Below are positions 1-10,569 of a DNA stretch of 64,000 nucleotides, in pieces. Each line of letters opens with the position of its first letter. Within the stretch, counting starts at the first letter, position 1. Under the pieces are notes generated by a model that had not been told where the DNA came from, did not search any database, and worked only from the letters and a program-made list of their open reading frames with translations. Location of the stretch: positions 1 to 64,000 of IMG/VR virus record IMGVR_UViG_3300000956_000001; one strand, written 5' to 3'. The DNA comes from a virus. The position numbers and the translations under genes were made by a program.

Positions 1-3000
1 AGCGCGCCACGGCGACTCTCTCCGATGGCTCCGTTGTTGCAATGGTTCCTGACACGAACATCGCAGCTATGGCTGGTGATGACGCCACGGGCACCCCAAA
101 GATTCGGTTCTACAAGTCTGACACGACTCGTACGACCTGGACGTTGAATTTCACCTACACTCCAAGTCCGCAGGCAATGTCCAGCACGAAGGCTTTTGTT
201 GGCAGCATGGTGTTGGACACTTCGAATAACATTCACCTCGTCTACCAGGGTACAGACAACAGTCTGAACTACGTGCCATTCACTTCCGGTTCAGGTACGT
301 GGTCAGCTGGAACTCTACAGTCGGTTGTTGCGGCAAACGCAGTCACCAACCGTTATCGCTCGATGGACATCGACGTTACGAGCACAAACCGACCTGCGAT
401 TATCGTATACGAGTCGAAGGCGTCTGCTGGTCCGTCGGCGTGGACTCGTGTGTATATTCGTAACGACAACGGCACCACCTGGCGCAAGGCGCATGAGTAT
501 GACCATGCAACAGGCGCCGGTGGTAGCATCCCGATCTACACTGGCTCCGAAGATGTTTCCATCAGTTGGAACGCAGCTGGCATTTCAAGTAACGTCGGAC
601 AGCTTCTCATCTACTACACTCGAATTGGATTCTTCTACGACCACGGCGACATTATCGCCGAGCTGAGTTACAACGTCAATACTGGCACGGATAACAGTGC
701 GACGGTGCTCGGCACGTGGCCGAAGTTCAATCAGGACCAGGGTGGCGGTCGGCGCGGCTGGATCTTCAAGACTAACAATGACAAGTGGCAGGTGGCACTC
801 GTTGTTGGTCAGGTGCGTCCCTCGTTTCAGACCGCACGCTTGACTCATGGTGCATACAGTGCTCCATACGTGAACAAGACAACGACGAACATCTGGAATG
901 CAGAAGATCTGAATGGTGTCAGGTATACCATTACGCCTCGCATTCCTCAGATTGATTACAGCATCAATGCATACAATGCCATTGGCTGCGTTTATGCTGA
1001 CAATCGAGTGATGTTCGGCTTCCTCACGTCACGCACATATACTGTCGATTCTACGACGAGTTGGTCGCTGTCTAGCGTTGTTTTCAGGTACGACGACGCA
1101 GTGACAACCCAGGCCAGCTACGTCGACAACCAGACGCGACCGCTGGATAATTACTTCACCTACGGGCAGCAGCCTATCGGCGTCTATGGAGGTGGCAACA
1201 ACAGGAACCAGGCTGGTGACCTGAAGTTCAACTTCATGGGCCTGTATGGTTACTCTGGAAACAGTCAACTCAGTTCGGCTCGGAACATTATGCGAGCTGT
1301 TATTGACACCTTCTACGATCCGCCGACGAATGTTGGACCCACTCTGTCGGTTGGAAACGATACGCCAGTACTCCAGGTTCGCGTTCAGAATACCGCTCTT
1401 TACCCCAACATCAAGGGGAAGATCGAGTGGACACTGGCGCGCGACTCTGGATTTACTACGGATGTTCGACAGATCCTTCAGCCAGATAGCGAGTATCAGA
1501 ACTACGGTTCGAGTAACGCACTTGTTCCGCCAGCGTTCAATATCTCAATTCAGTTGAGTGGCGTTGGTGCGCAGAAGCTTTACAGTGGCACCTGGTACAT
1601 GCGTGCGCGCGTTGTGTCTGATCTGGGACAGGCGTCCTCGTGGTCGAGCACAACTTCATTCGTAGTGGCGCATGCACCATCAGCGCTGGCAAAGATTCCA
1701 TCTGCTGGCTCTCTTGTGCCATATGGATATTCTGGATCAATTGCTTTCAGTTGGAACATGAGTGACACGGAACCAACTGATGCACAGACTGCATATCGGC
1801 TTGTTATTCTTCGTCTTGACACCGGCGCGACGGTTCTGGATACTGGCAAAGTCCTGTCTAGTGTACAGTCGTCAGTGCAGACGATTTCGTCCGGACTTCA
1901 GGATGTAACGCTTCAGTGGAGCGTGTCGTTGTGGGATACAGATGACGTTCAGGGTCCATTCTCTAACCCTATCCAATTCACTACATCGGCGGCCCCCGTT
2001 GTCCGCGTGACGTCGCCTACGGACGGCGCAACCATCACCGCGGCGGCCCCCGTTGTTGCATGGTCCGTGACGTTTTCCGGCTCGCGCACGCAGAGGGCAT
2101 ACAAGGTATCAGCGATCATTGCTAATGCCCTTGACGTGTTTACGCGAACAGTTGGATCTGGCAGCTGGGGCAGTACATCAGATGGAAAGGCGTGGACTAC
2201 TGTAGCTACTGCCGATGGTAGCTACAGTGTTAACGGAACCCAGGGTGTACACACGCGATCAGCAATTGGTGCGTCCCTGGTTTCACTGCTCCCGTCAACC
2301 TATCTTAATAGTGACCAAGAGGTGAGCGGAACTACTGCTGCGCTTACTACTGGTTCTGGTGTGCAGCGATTTGGTCTTATCGCGCGCTACGTGAACAGTA
2401 GTAACTACTTCTCTGCTGATGTACAGTTTAATGCTGACAACAGTATGGGGGTGCGAATTGTCAAGGTTGTTGGTGGCGTAGAGACTCTTCTTGGTGCTGT
2501 CAATCCTATCTCTGGATTTACTTACGTTGCCGGTGTCCGATACAACCTTCGATTCAAGGTGTCTGGCGAAAACCTGTACGCAAAGGTGTGGCCAACAACT
2601 GGCAGCCAGCCTGCCTATTGGCACGTCTCGGTTACGTCGTCGGTGCTGTCTGCCGCTGGGTATGTGGGTCCATTCTCGCGTTGGGACGCTGGCGTTACGA
2701 CCGCCCTGCCCTCGACCACCAACTTCGATAACTACTCAATGTACGACTCGGACAATCCCGTTGTTCTTGCAACGAGTAATTGGATTCAAGATACTGCTGG
2801 GACCTACGCATTCCCAACCAATATCTTGGCGAATAACGGTTACTACCTTCTCTCGGTTGACGTGCAGGACTCTAATGGCATGCAAGGCCAGGATTCAATT
2901 GGAGTACTGACTTCCTGGACACCGCCAGTAGACGCTACGTTCGGTGTTTCAACTGATGCTTTCGGTGCGACAGTAACCTGGACCAATGCCGGTGTGGATG

Positions 3001-3656
3001 TTGACTTTGTTGCATGGCGTGTGTATCGTCGGTATATGGTCACAGAACTTGCTGACCTAGACGATGACGACACAGCTAACACCTGGGTTCTCATATACGA
3101 GAACACTGACGCGGCATCGAGCTACAGTTACAAGGACTATCTTATTCCCTGTAACACGGCAGTTGACTACACGGTAGTGCAGGTCGTCGACCGATTCGGT
3201 AGCATTATCGAGTCGCCAATTAGCTCCTTTACTACGGTAACGTCGCCATCTGATCGTTACTACTTCATCCCAACCGTTCCAATCGGAACGATCGCAGCAT
3301 ACGAAGCTTCAAACGTTATCGACGATAACTATACAGACGAAGTCGAGAACGAGACGCTTCATATCCTTGATCGCGGACGACAGGTTCAGGTGGGTGACGA
3401 TCTGGGAGCTACTGGAACACTCCAGATCCAACTGCGCAATCCAGTGTCTGCGCGCGGGGACCGACAGTTCCTCCAGAGGCTCGCCAGCACGAAGAACCTT
3501 GGCGTGTGGATGAAGACTCCATTCGGGGATGTCCGTTGCGTAAAGTTCCTCCCAATTCAGGTTCGATACCTGGCCGGAACTGGTACGACGGAACTTTCTG
3601 ACCTCACCATTCCATATGTCGAGATCATCACTGACCCTTCAATCACTCGATCGTAG
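1..3656 (+). CDS. Large minor tail / receptor-binding structural protein, 5'-truncated by the window
   Basis: Frame is open from position 3 to the stop at 3656. Thr/Ser/Gly-rich beta-sandwich-like sequence (e.g. GTWYMRARVVSDLGQASSWS, FN3/Ig-like). Lies upstream of other tail genes and the lysis cassette. Confidence 0.75.
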   Translation, partial: RATATLSDGSVVAMVPDTNIAAMAGDDATGTPKIRFYKSDTTRTTWTLNFTYTPSPQAMSSTKAFVGSMVLDTSNNIHLVYQGTDNSLNYVPFTSGSGTWSAGTLQSVVAANAVTNRYRSMDIDVTSTNRPAIIVYESKASAGPSAWTRVYIRNDNGTTWRKAHEYDHATGAGGSIPIYTGSEDVSISWNAAGISSNVGQLLIYYTRIGFFYDHGDIIAELSYNVNTGTDNSATVLGTWPKFNQDQGGGRRGWIFKTNNDKWQVALVVGQVRPSFQTARLTHGAYSAPYVNKTTTNIWNAEDLNGVRYTITPRIPQIDYSINAYNAIGCVYADNRVMFGFLTSRTYTVDSTTSWSLSSVVFRYDDAVTTQASYVDNQTRPLDNYFTYGQQPIGVYGGGNNRNQAGDLKFNFMGLYGYSGNSQLSSARNIMRAVIDTFYDPPTNVGPTLSVGNDTPVLQVRVQNTALYPNIKGKIEWTLARDSGFTTDVRQILQPDSEYQNYGSSNALVPPAFNISIQLSGVGAQKLYSGTWYMRARVVSDLGQASSWSSTTSFVVAHAPSALAKIPSAGSLVPYGYSGSIAFSWNMSDTEPTDAQTAYRLVILRLDTGATVLDTGKVLSSVQSSVQTISSGLQDVTLQWSVSLWDTDDVQGPFSNPIQFTTSAAPVVRVTSPTDGATITAAAPVVAWSVTFSGSRTQRAYKVSAIIANALDVFTRTVGSGSWGSTSDGKAWTTVATADGSYSVNGTQGVHTRSAIGASLVSLLPSTYLNSDQEVSGTTAALTTGSGVQRFGLIARYVNSSNYFSADVQFNADNSMGVRIVKVVGGVETLLGAVNPISGFTYVAGVRYNLRFKVSGENLYAKVWPTTGSQPAYWHVSVTSSVLSAAGYVGPFSRWDAGVTTALPSTTNFDNYSMYDSDNPVVLATSNWIQDTAGTYAFPTNILANNGYYLLSVDVQDSNGMQGQDSIGVLTSWTPPVDATFGVSTDAFGATVTWTNAGVDVDFVAWRVYRRYMVTELADLDDDDTANTWVLIYENTDAASSYSYKDYLIPCNTAVDYTVVQVVDRFGSIIESPISSFTTVTSPSDRYYFIPTVPIGTIAAYEASNVIDDNYTDEVENETLHILDRGRQVQVGDDLGATGTLQIQLRNPVSARGDRQFLQRLASTKNLGVWMKTPFGDVRCVKFLPIQVRYLAGTGTTELSDLTIPYVEIITDPSITRS

Positions 3657-3662
3657 GCGAGT

Positions 3663-4889
3663 ATGGCTACTACTGTTACCACCTACGTTCCACCTGTTCA
3701 TACAGTTGGACTGCCACCTGATGATGTGATCAATGCGCTTACCGCAGGTGTTGTTAACATCAAACGATACGCTGCCCTCTATGAGGCAGATGCTGTGACT
3801 CCGTTTGCCATTGACAACTTTGATCGTCGTCTTGCGGATGGCAGTATTACAGTTGACATGAATCGTGACGAACGTCGCATGTGCGACTTCATGTTCGACA
3901 ATAATGACTTTGCGTTGAATCTTGACCCATTCGGAGGATTCTACTACGACAAGATTATCAAGGCGTTTTGGGGTATCGAGTATTATGACTCGACAAATAC
4001 TCTACAGCGTTGGGAGACTCAAGTCGGAGAGTTCATGATCGACAGGATCGATCAGGATAACTTCCCAAATGCAGTCAAAGTTACTGGTCGAGACTACACA
4101 AAGAAGTGTCTTGTCAGTCAGATCTTGAACTCCGTTCAGTTCAATCCAGCGACGCCGGTCGAGGAGATCATTCGTGCGCTGGCTGCAAATTCTGGCGTCA
4201 CGAAGTTTCGACTTCCGTATACTGGCCTTTCGTTTACCGAGCCAGTAGTATTCGATCCTGGCACCGCGCGCTGGGAAGTAATGAAGCGCATCTGCGATTC
4301 CGTTGGTTATGAAGTTTACTTCACGGCGGACGGATATCTCACCATGCGTCCCTATCAGGATCCAACCACAAGTCCAGTCACCTGGGTGTTCAAGACTGGC
4401 AGTGCTGGTACCCTTGTCAAGTACAAGAAGTCCACAGAAGATTCTCTAATCAAGAATCACTGCGTTGTCATTGGTGCCGCACAGACTGATGATACTGGTT
4501 TTAGTACTGTTGCATTCGGCGAGGCGCGCAATGATGATCCAGCCTCGCCTACGCGTATTGGAGTCCCCGGAACTCCTGGCGGTCTTGGTGACAGGGTTGA
4601 TCTGTTCAAATCGCAGTACATCACCCAGCAAGATCAGGCGCAGGCGGTAGCCGAGGCGCGCTTGAGTATCTCCGGACTTGAGCAGTTTAATATTTCCTTC
4701 GAGTCAATGACCATTCCGTTCATTGACGGTGGAGATATCATTCACATCGAAACTGACAATGAGAGCATCTACACTCCGGTTCGCTTCCTGCTAGCAAGCT
4801 TTGCATTGCCCATGCAGCTCGGAAGTATGAGTGGCACGGCTAGGCGTGTAACTCTTGTTGGCACCAAGCGTAAGTATGGGACTTACTAA
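3663..4889 (+). CDS. Minor tail protein (baseplate hub-like)
   Basis: 408 aa with hub-like pattern (VKVTGRDYTK...RWEVMKRICDSVGYEVYFTADGYLTMRP) and tail-module position. Confidence 0.7.
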   Translation: MATTVTTYVPPVHTVGLPPDDVINALTAGVVNIKRYAALYEADAVTPFAIDNFDRRLADGSITVDMNRDERRMCDFMFDNNDFALNLDPFGGFYYDKIIKAFWGIEYYDSTNTLQRWETQVGEFMIDRIDQDNFPNAVKVTGRDYTKKCLVSQILNSVQFNPATPVEEIIRALAANSGVTKFRLPYTGLSFTEPVVFDPGTARWEVMKRICDSVGYEVYFTADGYLTMRPYQDPTTSPVTWVFKTGSAGTLVKYKKSTEDSLIKNHCVVIGAAQTDDTGFSTVAFGEARNDDPASPTRIGVPGTPGGLGDRVDLFKSQYITQQDQAQAVAEARLSISGLEQFNISFESMTIPFIDGGDIIHIETDNESIYTPVRFLLASFALPMQLGSMSGTARRVTLVGTKRKYGTY

Positions 4890-7327
4890 TGACGAGTTCA
4901 TTTGCCCACCTTGGTGTTGCCGCAGAGGTTCGCGACATCATTGGCGAGGTTGCCAAGAGGGTAGTTTCACAGCAGGCTCCACGTCCCAACTACGGGCGAG
5001 TCATCAGTGTTAACTCTTCTGCACTGACGGCTACAGTATGGTTCCCAGGCGACGAGGCTCCTGTCTCGGTAAACCTGTTTCCGAACACAATCCCAGGTCA
5101 GTGGCACGAGCGCTTCGGCTTGGGTTCCGGTGCTGGTATTACAAACACGTCGTACTTCGGCTACGGATCACAGGTTGCCGTTCAGGACTTTGACGGCAAG
5201 GTGTTTATCACCCAGGTGTTGACGGGTGGCGTGCTGTCAGCAGATGCCAAGATGTTCAACGCGAGTGTAGTCAGCCAGGAGGCAACAGAGATTGCTGCCG
5301 ACCAGGCCGGCTTCCCGGTACAGGTCATTGGCGAACCTTACGAGACGCTGATTAACTGTCACGTGAATAACGATTCGCTGCCCGATGGTGGAGCAATCTC
5401 GTTTGGGCCATTCACGACCCTCAACTCCGAGCTTCCTGGAATTGGCTGGATTGAGATCTCAGTAACAGAACTTGCTGGAGCTTCAAAGTACTTCAAGTTG
5501 CCAATCAATGCAATCAGAGACTTCGAGCATACTGGCGGTACAGGTTTTCTTGACTCTTGGTTCAGGGTTGTTCCAGAGCAGTCAGTAACTGACAATGCCG
5601 GTGTGGTTGTCGACTTCGACTTTGACTTCTCCATTAAGCGTACCGTCTACGGCAACGTCGACGAGTTCTTCCCTGACAACGAACTCTGGATGCGTGTCGT
5701 CAAGCGAGGCGCGGCATGGACTGGACTCAATTGTAAAATTACAATTCGGGCCACCAATATACAACGAGGACGCTCGCTATCTGGTCGCGAGTTGTTCATG
5801 CAGGAATCACTCTCGTCTCCTCCGGACGCGAAGGGTTACGTTGGATTCCATAATGCGCAGATGGTTTTCCGTGACTTTGATGACTACGGAGTACTTGACG
5901 ACTTTGGTCGCACTGTTGCCGGAACCTGGGGAACATCAGATTCTGGTCCAACGTGGCTAGTGCGCACGGGCGTCGCAAGTAACTGGGGAGTTGATGGATC
6001 GGCTGCGTATATGAGTTTCAATGGAAACTTCTCGCAGACGATTACGCTACAGCAGAGTAACATCCTGAACACCGACACATACTTTGACGTATGGTCTGCC
6101 GTGGTTCCGACTGGTGCTGAAATTCAGTTCATTCACACTAGTCGGTGGGTTGACAGTAACAATCATTACGAGTTCAAGATAATCTTCCAGACGGCAGGAA
6201 CAATTACTCTTAGTTTCATTAAAGCTGTCGCTGGCGTCTTTACGGCTATCGGATCTGATCTCAACACTGGCATCACGTTTACTGCGAATGAACGGCTTCG
6301 CGCAAGAGCCCGAATTAACGGATCTGCGCTGTTCATGAAGATCTGGAAGCCTGCATCACAGCGCGAACCCGACTGGATGAAGATCGAGATTGACTCTAGC
6401 CTTGGAGCTAATGCTGGTAACTTTACTGGCTTCATTGCATTCCCAGGTGGAGCTAACAGCAATACGAAACCATTCAAGGTGTTCGTTGACAAGGTTCGCG
6501 CTTCACTGTACGACAAGGGTCAAGACAACAGCGGTGCCCAGTGGCATACCGGCCCGTGGCGGAGCGGCCTGCTCCGTATAGCCGACAGCCTGCAGAAGAC
6601 ATGGATCTCCAAAGGCAGTATGAGCTGGGATGGCTCATACTTGAAATGGACGCAGAGTCTGTACTTTGGTGGGATTGGTCAGCATCGTCTTGGTCTAGGA
6701 GCTGGCTCGACAATGATGCAGTCACCGCCATCAGGGTTCGGCATTCCTGTCGTACCAAATGGTGGCAGTGTAACCGTCACGGGCTCTGGTATTCCGCTCG
6801 CGGTAGGCGAGGCCTTGTATTGTGCGATTCAACCAGGGCAGACCTGGGAAAACCTATACGAGTATTTGTTCATTGTTAGTGCAACATCAACACTGAATTT
6901 TGATCTACCAGAATGGGCAGTACTGATTGCATCGCGAAGTGATTCGTCTTCGCTTGGTCCTGACCTTCGTCTAGGCAACGGTCAGGTTCTTGACAGGTGG
7001 CGCACGCCTTCCTTTGCTACTAACTGGTCTGACTACGGTAGCCCTTTTGAAGTTGGTGGCTATCGAATGGAAGCCGGCAATATAGTAAGACTCAGAGGAC
7101 TCATCAGGCACACTACCTCCTCGGCTACGGGCACCATGTTTACTTTGCCATCTGGATTCCGTCCAGCAAATACTCATCTCTTTACTGTGACATCCGCTGC
7201 GACTATCAACGGCAGCAGCCGTGTCGATGTGGACTCAAGTGGTAACGTTACTGTAATTACACACAATGCAAACGGTGGATCTTCTTATGTATCACTTGCG
7301 GAGATATCATTTGAAGCAGCATTCTAG
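4889..7327 (+). CDS. Minor tail / tail fibre protein
   Basis: 812 aa, TAATG overlap with the previous gene. C-terminal fibre-tip-like motif VRLRGLI...MFTLPSGFRP. Internal domain shared with ORF 1-3656. Confidence 0.7.
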   Translation: MTSSFAHLGVAAEVRDIIGEVAKRVVSQQAPRPNYGRVISVNSSALTATVWFPGDEAPVSVNLFPNTIPGQWHERFGLGSGAGITNTSYFGYGSQVAVQDFDGKVFITQVLTGGVLSADAKMFNASVVSQEATEIAADQAGFPVQVIGEPYETLINCHVNNDSLPDGGAISFGPFTTLNSELPGIGWIEISVTELAGASKYFKLPINAIRDFEHTGGTGFLDSWFRVVPEQSVTDNAGVVVDFDFDFSIKRTVYGNVDEFFPDNELWMRVVKRGAAWTGLNCKITIRATNIQRGRSLSGRELFMQESLSSPPDAKGYVGFHNAQMVFRDFDDYGVLDDFGRTVAGTWGTSDSGPTWLVRTGVASNWGVDGSAAYMSFNGNFSQTITLQQSNILNTDTYFDVWSAVVPTGAEIQFIHTSRWVDSNNHYEFKIIFQTAGTITLSFIKAVAGVFTAIGSDLNTGITFTANERLRARARINGSALFMKIWKPASQREPDWMKIEIDSSLGANAGNFTGFIAFPGGANSNTKPFKVFVDKVRASLYDKGQDNSGAQWHTGPWRSGLLRIADSLQKTWISKGSMSWDGSYLKWTQSLYFGGIGQHRLGLGAGSTMMQSPPSGFGIPVVPNGGSVTVTGSGIPLAVGEALYCAIQPGQTWENLYEYLFIVSATSTLNFDLPEWAVLIASRSDSSSLGPDLRLGNGQVLDRWRTPSFATNWSDYGSPFEVGGYRMEAGNIVRLRGLIRHTTSSATGTMFTLPSGFRPANTHLFTVTSAATINGSSRVDVDSSGNVTVITHNANGGSSYVSLAEISFEAAF

Positions 7328-7417
7328 CATTGGAAAGAATGGCAAGTAAAAGCTGTACGGATGCCCATGATGCACCTATCCTAGATATGCGTAAGCCCAA
7401 CGGACTAGGAGGTCTAC

Positions 7418-7771
7418 ATGGGTAGCGTTGAAGGTATCCCGAGTGATCCAGGCTTCTGGTGGAAGCTGGTTAATCTCAATCCGACGTTGTGGCGAGCATT
7501 GATTGTTGCCACCATCGCGCTGCTTGGCGCGGCGGGCATCGCGGTGAATGGGTCTATCGAGGATTCACTATTCCTGTTTATCACTGCATTGGCAGCGATC
7601 ATTCAGGGTGTATGGACTCGCGGTTCTGTGACCGCAAACCAGAAGGTGGTTGTCTACAAGCCGGATCCAATCGGCGAGCCTCGCAATCTTCAGCCCGGTC
7701 CGTCGGTAAGTTACGAGGAGACGCGAGTCAATGCTGCTGCGCAGGCAACAGTAGATCCGGCGAACATGTAA
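7418..7771 (+). CDS. Holin-like membrane protein (2 TM)
   Basis: Two hydrophobic helices, GGAGG RBS, immediately upstream of the endolysin. Confidence 0.6.
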   Translation: MGSVEGIPSDPGFWWKLVNLNPTLWRALIVATIALLGAAGIAVNGSIEDSLFLFITALAAIIQGVWTRGSVTANQKVVVYKPDPIGEPRNLQPGPSVSYEETRVNAAAQATVDPANM

Positions 7772-7780
7772 GGGAGCGCC

Positions 7781-8782
7781 ATGGCATCTCAGGCGTACTA
7801 TGACTGGGTCAGGGCGGGCAAGCCGTACAATCGGTCAGCCCCTGTCATGCAGCTTCGTGATGTTTTGCGAAGCCATGGCTACACTGTCTACGACTACCCT
7901 GACGAAGCGCATCAGAAGGCCAACCTTCCACAGGACCACACTGCGTACTCGGCTACAGGTTGGCCGGTCTCATCGCCTCGCTGGTGGGCATTCGGGATTG
8001 ATCAGATGCCCGGCAAGGGTGGCATGAGTGACCTCGCTGATGTCGCCATGCAGATCATCAAGGACAAGGACGCTGGCGTTCCTGGGACCGAGTGGATCAA
8101 GTACATCAACTGGACTGACAAGTCTGGCAAGTGCTGGCACACATCCTGGAAGCCGAATAAGTCAACAGTTCCGAGTGACGACAAAGGCCATAATCATATC
8201 AGCGGACGATCGGACTTTACGTCCCGCACGACTGTGAAGTATGATCCAGTTGCTCGTATGCGTGGCCAGGTAACAACAGGAAGGCAGGACGAGGATATGG
8301 CGATCATCGCACGCGGACCTGACGGCAAGGTGTATTTCTGCAGTGCAAATCGATCGTACCCCATCCCCGAGACTTCGGTTGGCGACAGGGTCTACCTCGC
8401 AGGTCAGGGTGCGTATTTCCTGGCTCGTGGTCCGGTTGCTGGCGATGCCGAGTGGGAGAAGGGCGGCATCATTCGCAAGGGCTGGTCAGAGAACATCTTC
8501 GGGATCGTCGACACCGGCGATCTTCAGTCAACGCGTCCTCACGGGTGGGCACTTGCCACGCGCGTTGAGGCGATGGCTAAGATGATGCCAAAGTCGCAGA
8601 CTGGCGAGGATATCAAGATGGTGTCAGCCATCGAGGCGGGTGCCAGCGGTGGTGACGCAGCCCTTCCGGTCGACGTCGCAACCGTGAAGGCTGGCGTGAC
8701 GGCAGCGCTCAAGGACGAGGAAAACCAGGCTGTTCTGGTGGATACCGCTTTCCGCGGTTCACAGAAGGCTGAGCAGGAGTAG
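7781..8782 (+). CDS. Endolysin, probable Zn peptidase N-terminal domain
   Basis: DH...GID...HNHIS metal-ligand pattern resembling M15-type peptidases; flanked by holin-like genes. Confidence 0.6.
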   Translation: MASQAYYDWVRAGKPYNRSAPVMQLRDVLRSHGYTVYDYPDEAHQKANLPQDHTAYSATGWPVSSPRWWAFGIDQMPGKGGMSDLADVAMQIIKDKDAGVPGTEWIKYINWTDKSGKCWHTSWKPNKSTVPSDDKGHNHISGRSDFTSRTTVKYDPVARMRGQVTTGRQDEDMAIIARGPDGKVYFCSANRSYPIPETSVGDRVYLAGQGAYFLARGPVAGDAEWEKGGIIRKGWSENIFGIVDTGDLQSTRPHGWALATRVEAMAKMMPKSQTGEDIKMVSAIEAGASGGDAALPVDVATVKAGVTAALKDEENQAVLVDTAFRGSQKAEQE

Positions 8783-8784
8783 TC

Positions 8785-9207
8785 ATGATTCTCTTGCGGT
8801 CCGGAGAGTGGATACCACTCAAGGAACACCTCGAAGCTCTCCGGACCGCGGAGCGTCGATTCCAGGAAGAACGCGATAGGCGATATGCCGAGGTTAACAC
8901 AGAGCGCGAGAAGGCACTCAAGATCAAGGAGACGGCCGATCTCGCTGCACTACAACTCGCGCGCGAGATCCAGACATACAAGGACGAGAAGGCAAACGAG
9001 TTGCGAGAGCAGATCTCGTCCGAGCGTGGATTGTATGTCACCAAGCAGGAACTTGGAGCTCTTGGCGAAAAGTTTGATGCAACGATAACACCCCTTATGG
9101 CATATGTGAATGCGAATCAGGGGCGTGGAGCGGGAATCAGTACAATTATAAGTTACGCGATTACCGTCGCGAGTCTTGTTGTTGCGGTGTTTGCTGTACT
9201 TAGATAG
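8785..9207 (+). CDS. Coiled-coil protein with C-terminal TM helix (lysis accessory)
   Basis: Charged helical region followed by ISTIISYAITVASLVVAVFAVLR. Confidence 0.55.
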   Translation: MILLRSGEWIPLKEHLEALRTAERRFQEERDRRYAEVNTEREKALKIKETADLAALQLAREIQTYKDEKANELREQISSERGLYVTKQELGALGEKFDATITPLMAYVNANQGRGAGISTIISYAITVASLVVAVFAVLR

Positions 9208-9228
9208 AAGTGTTGCGGGGAGGGGTTC

Positions 9229-9573
9229 GTGGGCGAGACCCTGAAAATTCTACTGGTAGGAAGTGGGTTTCTCGGGGGAATCGTTGGGCTAGCGATCTAT
9301 GCAGCACGACTCATCTACACAGGCAGACTGGTGCCACGTAGTGCGCTGGAAGATCGAAAGAACGACTTTGCCGACCAGATTGCTCGCGAACGTGCAATCA
9401 GTGATAGCTACAAGCTTGCATCCGAGAACAACGCCGCTGCACTCCAGAAGCAGGCGGAACTCATGGAGAAAGTTCTGGACGAGCAGAAGCTCATTAAGGA
9501 CTTCATCATGGGACTCAAGCGAGCCATGGAGCTGAACCAGCAGGAACAGCGACGGCTCCAAGGGAGACCCTGA
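9229..9573 (+). CDS. Membrane protein, N-terminal TM plus coiled coil (lysis cassette)
   Basis: LLVGSGFLGGIVGLAIYAA then GRLVPRS and a coiled coil; GGGAGG RBS. Confidence 0.55.
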   Translation: MGETLKILLVGSGFLGGIVGLAIYAARLIYTGRLVPRSALEDRKNDFADQIARERAISDSYKLASENNAAALQKQAELMEKVLDEQKLIKDFIMGLKRAMELNQQEQRRLQGRP

Positions 9574-9575
9574 AT

Positions 9576-9818
9576 ATGAGATTATGGCCTTGGCGAACGA
9601 AGACGGATAAGGAATCCGCCGTGATCGTTGATCCAGAGGATCAGGAAACTCGCAGGCAAGAAGCTCTGCGCGCGGTAGAGGCATCAAGGCACGCCGTCGC
9701 CAGGGTACACCAGGCAGTCCCAAAGGTTGAAGCGCACAGGCGCTCAATGTCACAACTAAGAGCGGACAATGGCCTCGCCGCCATTATCCTCGATGGGTTT
9801 CGTAAAGGGCACGCATGA
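9576..9818 (+). CDS. Small lysis-cassette hypothetical protein
   Basis: 80 aa, tightly packed with neighbours (ATGA overlap downstream). Confidence 0.55.
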   Translation: MRLWPWRTKTDKESAVIVDPEDQETRRQEALRAVEASRHAVARVHQAVPKVEAHRRSMSQLRADNGLAAIILDGFRKGHA

Positions 9819-10156
9819 GCACGGTTGATCTCGTACTGAAGTTACAGCCAGTAGTGGCTGCTACATTTGCGCTGGGCTTCGTGCTCATCTACGCGTTCCG
9901 TGGCAGGTGGTGGAAGTCAGCTATTGGACGTCACATGATGGCGTTCATGATTGGCGTACTCGTCATCCTGGCGGTTGGCGTTCTCGTAAGGTTCTTCCCG
10001 GACCTGGAAAATATCAAGTGGATCAGATTTTGGTGCTGGAATCTCATAATCGTCATCATGGGGTGGCGGTTCTGGCTGGCGTTCCGAGTGTTCGTACTGA
10101 AGAACTATCCAGACTTTGCCGATCAGGATGCCGAGAAGGCCACAGAGCACGAGTAG
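9815..10156 (+). CDS. Putative holin (3 TM)
   Basis: Three hydrophobic segments with WWKSAIGRHMM between TM1 and TM2. Confidence 0.6.
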   Translation: MSTVDLVLKLQPVVAATFALGFVLIYAFRGRWWKSAIGRHMMAFMIGVLVILAVGVLVRFFPDLENIKWIRFWCWNLIIVIMGWRFWLAFRVFVLKNYPDFADQDAEKATEHE

Positions 10157-10163
10157 CAAGAAG

Positions 10164-10207
10164 CAAGAAAACGCCGACCCTCATGGCGAGGAGTCGGCGT
10201 TTTCTTG
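10164..10207. terminator. Bidirectional intrinsic terminator between the convergent arms
   Basis: Perfect 15-bp stem CAAGAAAACGCCGAC / GTCGGCGTTTTCTTG at the point where + and - genes converge. Confidence 0.8.
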
Positions 10208-10474
10208 TATTGCTTTGCCTGCTTTAGCTGCGGTGTATGCGGCTAGGTGACTAGCGATATTGGCCCACAGCGACATCAACGCGACCCATAGAACGCTATC
10301 CTTCCACCACACCAATGTCGGTATGATGGCGATAGTCCAGAAGATGGTCAGTATTAGATGCGCCTGCGGTTCGTACTTCTTCAGAAGTTCTGCTGGTCCC
10401 GAACGGGCGATGCGCTGGGCTGCTGATGCACGATGGCGACCACAAGTTCCATCGGGGTCTGACACATCAGACAC
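10181..10474 (-). CDS. Small membrane protein (start uncertain)
   Basis: Two TM segments (HLILTIFWTIAIIPTLVWW; VLWVALMSLWANIA). Confidence 0.55.
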   Translation of the reverse strand: MSDVSDPDGTCGRHRASAAQRIARSGPAELLKKYEPQAHLILTIFWTIAIIPTLVWWKDSVLWVALMSLWANIASHLAAYTAAKAGKAIQENADSSP

Positions 10475-10569
10475 GTGAAGTCCTGCTGCATGACGCCCTT
10501 GACTTTCCGTGTGTGAATTTCGTAGCTACCCTTGCAGCCATTCGGGCACCTCATGTTTGATTCATTCAT
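10381..10569 (-). CDS. Small Zn-ribbon protein
   Basis: CPNGC...CLMC; ATGA overlap with the nuclease stop. Confidence 0.5.
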   Translation of the reverse strand: MNESNMRCPNGCKGSYEIHTRKVKGVMQQDFTCLMCQTPMELVVAIVHQQPSASPVRDQQNF

